Shown here in pieces: positions 27,020-34,600 of a DNA stretch of 44,283 nucleotides. The position numbers and the translations under genes are program-made. Within the stretch, counting starts at the first letter, position 1, and each line of letters opens with the position of its first letter. This stretch comes from Lysobacteraceae bacterium. GTDB taxonomy: Bacteria; Pseudomonadota; Gammaproteobacteria; Xanthomonadales; BQJN01. Location: positions 1-44,283 of the forward strand of contig BQJN01000031.1 in NCBI GenBank assembly GCA_021604725.1, written 5' to 3'. The notes under the pieces were generated by a model. It searched no databases. It worked only from the letters and a program-made list of their open reading frames with translations, and was not told the DNA's origin.

Positions 27020-28435
27020 ATGATGCGACGTTCAAATTTGGGCTTGTTCTTTGGTTTATGTCTCTCGGTTCCTGTTTTGGCTACGGATATGACCGGGGCC
27101 TGGCAAGGCGACCTGATCATCCCCGAGGGGCCGACGCTGCCCATTGGCATCGAGGTATTCGACCGACCCGATGGCTCGCTTTGGGCCAGTGCCGCCAGTC
27201 CAGCGCAAGGTCAGCGCTACCTGCCAGTAGAGGTGTTTTCAGTCGAGGGAAGGCAGTTCCGTCTGGTGTTGGCCTCACCGCCAGCCACCATTGCCGGAAC
27301 GATGGGTGATAGCGGCCAACAATTGGAAGCAACATTCTCCCAAGGTGGTGGGGAACTGCCTATCAACCTGCAACGAGTCGAAGCCATTGACGATATTGAT
27401 CGTCCACAAACGCCACGCCAGCTGCTCGGGTATAGCGAAAAGGAGGTGTGGATTGAGAACAACAGAGACGGGATATGGCTAGCCGGCTCGCTGTCCATCC
27501 CGGACGATGTGGAGTCAGCGCCGGCTGTGTTGTTGCTGGCTGGATCGGGTGCGGCACAACGCGATGCTTACTACGCAGGCCACCGCCCAATGGCTGTTCT
27601 GGCCGACCGTCTCGCCGGCAAGGGTCTGGTGGTATTGCGCTTCGACAAACGCGGCGTCTACAAGAGCACCGGTCAGCACAACCCGGTAGCCATTGACGAC
27701 ACGCTGGCTGATGCGCAATCGGCATTGGCTTATCTGCGTGCCCAACCAGTGGTCGACGCCAAGAGACTTGCTGTGATTGGTCACAGCGAAGGCGCTTTGA
27801 TCGCCGGTATGTTGGCCTCCTCTAATGATCTGGTATCGGCGGTTTCTTTGGCCGGTCCTGGCATGCCGATTATCGAGCTGTTGCAATTGCAGGATGCCAC
27901 AGAGGCGCTGGCGGCCGGCGCTAGCGAACAGGAGGCTAGTGCGTTGTCCGAGTTGACTGGCCAAATCTATGTAGCAGCAAAGGAAGAGCGCAATATTGAG
28001 GTCAGAATGGCCCGCATCACGACGTTGCTGCAGCAGGCCACAGAACTTCAGCGCAGCGCTTTCGAGCAATACAACGGTGGTACCGGAACGTTGTCTGAAA
28101 ACTGGCTAAGCCGGCCCAAATACTCAGACTTCCTGATGATTGACCCTCAACACAGTTGGGGACAAGTCACCGAGCCGGTTCTCGTTATCAATGGTTTGGC
28201 CGATAGCCAGGTGCCGGCTGAGCAGAACGTCAAGGGCATTGTCGACTCCGTGAAGGGCCCGGTCTCAGTTTGTACGCCGGAGAACGTTAACCATATGTTG
28301 CAGCCAGCAGCCAGTGCAGCGACCGCAGACTACGCTGAAATAACGCAAACCATAGCGGAACCATTGTTGAACAACGTCATCAGTTTTGTCCGGCACAACA
28401 GCGGGCTTTCTGCGCAAGGTACAGCTGATTGCTAG
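27020..28435 (+). CDS. Secreted alpha/beta hydrolase with an N-terminal beta-rich domain
   Basis: The signal peptide is MMRRSNLGLFFGLCLSVPVLA, with GAGG 4 nt upstream. The nucleophile elbow is GHSEGALIAG. The C-terminus has GLADSQV and NH. Confidence 0.6.
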   Translation: MMRRSNLGLFFGLCLSVPVLATDMTGAWQGDLIIPEGPTLPIGIEVFDRPDGSLWASAASPAQGQRYLPVEVFSVEGRQFRLVLASPPATIAGTMGDSGQQLEATFSQGGGELPINLQRVEAIDDIDRPQTPRQLLGYSEKEVWIENNRDGIWLAGSLSIPDDVESAPAVLLLAGSGAAQRDAYYAGHRPMAVLADRLAGKGLVVLRFDKRGVYKSTGQHNPVAIDDTLADAQSALAYLRAQPVVDAKRLAVIGHSEGALIAGMLASSNDLVSAVSLAGPGMPIIELLQLQDATEALAAGASEQEASALSELTGQIYVAAKEERNIEVRMARITTLLQQATELQRSAFEQYNGGTGTLSENWLSRPKYSDFLMIDPQHSWGQVTEPVLVINGLADSQVPAEQNVKGIVDSVKGPVSVCTPENVNHMLQPAASAATADYAEITQTIAEPLLNNVISFVRHNSGLSAQGTADC

Positions 28436-28670
28436 CGCTTCTGTTGCGCAAAATCGCCCAGTGACTCTCTCGTTGGAGCACTCGTAGTGATGCAGGCCGG
28501 GAGTGAAAATGGCTCCGCTTCTAGCGGCAAGCGGCATGATTCCGGAGCTGATTTTAGCTCCCTTTAAAAAAAAATGATCCGATTCTCTTCCGAACTACGC
28601 GCTATTTGATTGACTAGGGAAAAAACCGTCCGTTGTCAGTGCATCGGGCCAATCAATTGAGGATTGCATC

Positions 28671-31600
28671 GTGAGTAGGAAGAATAGGGTTGTTGCTACA
28701 CTGTGGCTGCTTTCGAGTTTCATTTTTGCCGGACCAGTTAACGCTTCTGAAGCGCCGCCTCCGCCAGGTTGGGTCGCGGCCACTATGCGTGACGCTTTTC
28801 GCATGACCTACGACGTTCGTTGGGGCGCTGAAGCAACCGCGGACTACTATCGAATAAGGCGCATCTGTCCCGATCAGACAGCGTCGGATTGTGTTGCCCC
28901 CAACGATGTCGTTGAATTGGATGCGATCTCAACCGTTCTGACTGAACGTAGAAGCCTAGCAACACCGCCTGGTCCCGCTGGAACCTACCAGTACGAGGTA
29001 CAGGCCTGTAGTCGAAAGGCATGCAGCGCAGCAGTTTCGTCGGGAGATTTCTATGTTGACCTGCCCACGCCCGAAGCCGTCGCGGAGGTTTCGCTGACGA
29101 CGGTCGACGCGACCACCGGCGAGTATCGCCTGAATTGGGGTGATCGGTCAGAATTGTGGGTCGATGAGTATAGAGTCAAGCGGACCTGTCCCGCCGCAGC
29201 AAGCGGATGCACTACAGAGTTCGCTATCCCTGCCGGAACTTTTGCCGCTGACCAGCAACTGGTGGTAGGTGGCACATACACGTTTGAGGTTACCGCTTGC
29301 AATAGCGATGACGAGTGCAGCGCGTACGTATCGACCGGGCCGGTCACAGTAGCCGACCCAGACGTTGCGCCCAGCCCTCCGGAGGATTTTCTCGGCTCCT
29401 GGATTTCCGTTTCCCCATTGCAATATCAGCTGTCCTGGGACGCACCGAAAGACGGGCCTGCCGTCGACTTCTATCGGCTGCTGGATGGCGACACCGGGAC
29501 AAAACTGGTCGACACGACAGCCCTGAACTTCTTGATCACCGTCAGCAAACCAGAGGACTACGGTGATAAGACCTACGAGCTGTATGCGATGTCTGACAGC
29601 GGACAAAGCAGCGACGCGGTCGAGCTGGACTGGACGGTTCCGACCAATACAATCAACTCTCCGCCGCCGGCAACACCGATCAGCGAATTCAACGCGTTGG
29701 TGAACCAGCACAAGGCGGAAAGTAGCAACGTAGGCGCAACGGCCGGCCAGTTTCGTGTCGATGAACAAGGCAACGCGACCTATGCCATTGATTTCATGAC
29801 GGCACCTTCAGCGGGGGGCGTGGCCCCGTCGATTGGGCTCAGTTACAGCAGTGCTGGTGCCAATGGTGACGTCGGCGTCGGATGGGCGATCACAGGGTTG
29901 TCATCCATCACGCGTTGTGCCCAAACATATGAACAGGATGGAGCGGGAGCAGTTGCTGGTATCCAGGTCGACTACTCAGATCGGTTCTGCCTTGATGGCG
30001 AGCGTTTGTTGCTGGCGTCTGGCAGCAGTTACGGGGCTCACAATGCACAGTACCGATTGGAGTCGGACCCATTCACCAAGATTCAGTCGAAGGGCGCGGT
30101 CGGCAACGGTCCAAACTGGTTCAAGGTATGGCGCAAGGACGGTTCGGTTAGCGAGTATGGTCGGCAAGCCAGCTCAAAGATTCGCATCGAGGCCGGTAGT
30201 GCTCAAGTTACCGTGCTGACGTGGGCCGTGAACCAGATCAAGGACAGTGTCGGCAACAAAATGGACTTTGAGTATTGCTCCAGCAACGACTCGGCCAGCA
30301 ACGCGAATTGTCCGGATCAACTCGATGAAGACAATCAAGTCGAATTCCATATTTCCTCGATTTTGTATGGCAGCACCAGTCAAAAAAACCGATTGTCATT
30401 CATTTGGAGCAACAATCGGGCCGACGCTGCGGTGGCCTACGTTGGTGGTGGCCGATTGACCAGCAGCTACTTGCTGCAAAGGGTCGACAGTTTTGGCCGC
30501 GGTTACCCGGACACCAGCGAAAAGTTGCTACGCAGCTATCACCTCGGCTACGACCCGCTCGGGGATGGCTACGGCCATCCGGTATTGCAGGAAGTCAGGG
30601 AGTGCTCGAATCTTGGCGGCACTCAGTGTTTCCCACCGTTGACCTTTGAGTGGAACAAATCCAGCAATGCGCTGTTCTCAGGGAAGGCCGATATTCCGAT
30701 TGGCGGAAGCAGCAGTTCAGATCTAAACCTGTTTCCCGACAACTACATTTCTGGACAACCGGCTGACCTGGATGGCGATGGTCGGCAGGAGTTGGTGTAT
30801 TTGCACAATGCCGACCACCCTAAGCTCGGCTATGTGAAGATTGGTGGTGCCCTGGGTTCACAGACGGTCCAGCCGCGCCGCCAGGCCGTTGACAATGTGT
30901 CAAATGAGCTGCTCGACAATGCGTCCGGCTGGAACGTGCTCGATTACAACCTCGATGGTCGTGATGACATTGTCTACGTGCACAAGTCAGGCAATTCTCG
31001 CTACTGGCGCGCCTATGCCGGTCAACAGTCTGCCCCCTACATTAGCTCAACTCCGGTCAACATCGGCTATATCGGCAACTGGGGCGATAGCAGCGTTGGA
31101 GTGGGCGCGGTTTCGGTCCAGGACATCAATGGAGACGGGCGACCTGATCTGCTGTATGCCGTTCGCGGCGAGTTAACAATGAGTTTGAACCAGGCTGGAC
31201 TCGGACAGCCAGTGGGTTCGTCGTTTGCTGATGCCGAACCGATTGATTTTAGAGACGCCGATGGTTTTGCAATCTACTTTAGGGGTATGGTCGGGGACGA
31301 GCTAGCAATCCCAAACGCCACTATTAGTCCCACGAGGGTGTTCGACCTCGACAATGATGGCGACTCTGATTTGCTAGTCAAAGTGACGGCTAACGTTAAT
31401 GCTGCCAATCCCCAAGGGATGGGTGATGATCAGCTGCTCGCCATATTGACGTCAGCTCAGCAAGCGCACAACGCTCTGCCGCAAAACCGGAATTCGAACG
31501 AAGCCTACTACTCGGGTTGGTTTATCGCCGAAGCTACCCGGGGAGATGCGAGTGCAGCAAACAGTCAGGGTTTGTCATATGAACTTGTCAGACAGCCGGT

Positions 31601-34600
31601 AGCGATTGGTGAAGACTGCCAGGAAGCGACCGAGCCGCAGACCTATATATGTACGGATACCGTCAACCAGGTCGGCAACATTGAAGCTGTCGACATGAAT
31701 GCCGATGGCCTCGCCGACCTGGTGATCAAGTCAGTGGCCTTCCAGAATCACCAGTTAGGTATCTGGACCAATACGGGCGAAGGTTTCCCCATTAACCCGC
31801 AAAGTGACCCGTACGTCCATTTTACCAATATCCACAAGGCGAGATACTCCCACCTCGTCGACTTCGATGGCGATGGCCGAGTAGACATCCTGCATACCGA
31901 TGGTTCGGATAATGAACAAACCAAGTGGCAGGTTCGGCGTAATACGGCCGCCGGGTTCGGTCATACGTCTGAGTTAACGTTTGCGCATGCGAGAAACGTC
32001 GACGGCTCAACGGCAATTCCCGCGAACAAAGACACGTCGATCTTTTTTGACGCCAATGGCGATGGCCGCCTGGATCAGTTCCTGATCAACCGAGACAACG
32101 ACGGTGTCGTCAATGGCCAGACCCACTTCCGACGCGGTTACAACGAGATCAACGGCGACACCGTTGGACCGAACAATGTCATCAATCGATTCGTTGGTTC
32201 CTACGGCGACTACACCGAGATCGACTATCGGCCGTTGACTGACACAGTGGTCTACAAACGCGATTGTGTGACCACTGGCACCAACTGTGGTTCCAACGGC
32301 GCCACCTGGGGCGCAGGTTCGGCGGTTTTCGACCTGATCTCACCGATGTATGTGGTGTCGGCAGCTGTTAGTAGCGCGCCTGCTGCCTCGGTGACACACA
32401 ATGGTGGCAGCAGCTTTACCGTGCAAAGCACCAATGCATCAGCGCAGAGCATGGTGTTGTACGAGTATCGCGGCGCGAAGCTGCAAGGCGGTGGCCGTGG
32501 CTTTCTCGGGTTTAGGGAAATTGTCAGCACCGATGGTCAGCTCGGCGTCGAAACCACCACCCAATACCGTCAAGACTTCCCATTTATCGGTCGCCCAATC
32601 GAGACCGAGAAGCGACTGTTGGATGGCACACTGATCGCCCGCTCGACGGGTACCTGGGCTTCGCAAACCATTTCGGGTAGCGGTGGTGCAAGTTTTGTAT
32701 ATCAGGACACGACCGATGACTGGAGCTACGACACCTCAGGCAATTTGCTCAGTCGCGTGTTCAGCGACTCCGACTACAACGATGGCTGGGGCAACGCCAC
32801 AAATATCGTTGTCCAAACCTTTGACGGGAGTGGCAACGACCTGGTGGAACAAAAGACTACCGTCAACACCTATACAAACTCCTCATCGAAGTGGCACCTT
32901 GGCCGATTGACCAATGCGACCGTGACCACCACGTTGGACGACGGCACATCGGCGACGCGCCAAACCAGTTTTGGATATGACAGTGTCAGTGGGCTGCTAA
33001 AAACAGAAACCGTAGAGCCGGGTCACGCTAAATCAGTGACAAAGACCTATGTCTTGGATGGATTTGGTAACCGCACATCTACCACAGTCAGCAGCGAAGG
33101 CGTCAGCCGGGTCATTAGCCAGACTTACGACCCCAGCGGTCGGTATCTCTTGTCGAAGACCAATGCGCTGGGACAAATCGAGTCGGAGGTTACCGAATAC
33201 GACCATTGGGGCAACCCGCTCGAAAGTGAGGACATGCGCGATGTCGTAACCACGCATGCCGTCGATTTGATGGGACGCCCCATGGGTTCATACAGCCCAA
33301 CCGGCGCGTATCAGGTCCAGTACTACGATACGCAGGCATGCCCTTTTGCCAACGCGCCGGTCGCCTTTCGTATGGTGTCTGTTGCTGGTGGAGGAACTGT
33401 CGGTACCGTCTGTTATGACATTCTTGGGCGAGAGATTCTCAAATCCAGTCAGGCCTTGGGTGACAACAACACTATCGCCACGGTCATCGTTGAAACCGAG
33501 TACGACAGTCAGGGCAGGACGATTCGGGTATCTGAACCGGCCTTTACCGGTGATCCACAATATTGGACCAACTCGGCCCTGAATGAACTGGGCCATGCCG
33601 ATGCGATTCAGCATCCCAATGGCAGCTACACGCAGATTCAATACCTGCCCGGCAACATCATCCGCACCATAGACCCATTGGGTCACGTACGTGACGAGAC
33701 CAGGAACGGTCTTGGGCAAACCCTTGAGGTGGAAGAAACCAATGACGCGGTCAGTCCGGCGCAAACAGCAACAATCATATTCGACGAGACCATCCAGGCG
33801 TCACAACGGGTTAAGTCTGTCACCGGAGCGGACGGACATCAGGTGCGCACGACGCTGGATATCTTCGGCAACAAGATTGAGGTGGATGATCCAGACAAAG
33901 GCGTTTGGCAGTACAGCTACAACGGTTTCGGTGAGCTGACGTGCCACATTGACGCCAATGGCGACGGTTCTCGCTACGAGTACGATGCCTTGGGGAGAAT
34001 GATCGAGCGCATTGACTCGCGTTCAATACCAAGTCTGCAAAATTGTCAGGGCACTGACGCGCGCAACCAGCGCTGGACGTATGGCAACACCCATGGAGTG
34101 CCAGGGTATGGATTGCTGATCATTGAGCAGGTTTGCAATGACCCGAACTGGATTGCACAGGGGTTGTCGGGATGTGCCATTCCAGGTGGGAATGGGCAGG
34201 CCTTTGAGGGCTTCAAGGTATCTCACAATTTTGACAGTCTCGGACGGATCACTGAGACGTACACAGAAATCACCAATGAGGACGGGTACAAGTGGTTTGC
34301 TCAGACCACGGCATTCGATCAGTACGGTCGTCTGTTTCAGAGCTTCGATGCCGCAGGCGATCTTAGTGGCGTCGAATACGAGTACAACTCGGTGGGCACG
34401 CTGGTCAAGATCAAGGATGCCGTGGAAGGCGGCATTCACGAAGAAGTCAGGGAAATGGATGCGCGCGGCAATCAAACGCTGGTGCGTTATGACAACAATA
34501 CGTTCAGCGTTGCCCGCATCTTCGAACCGGATACGGGCTTGCTTGAAAGCTCAATCTCCAGTCAAGGTGACCACTGGTTGGAGTTCGACTTTGACGATGT

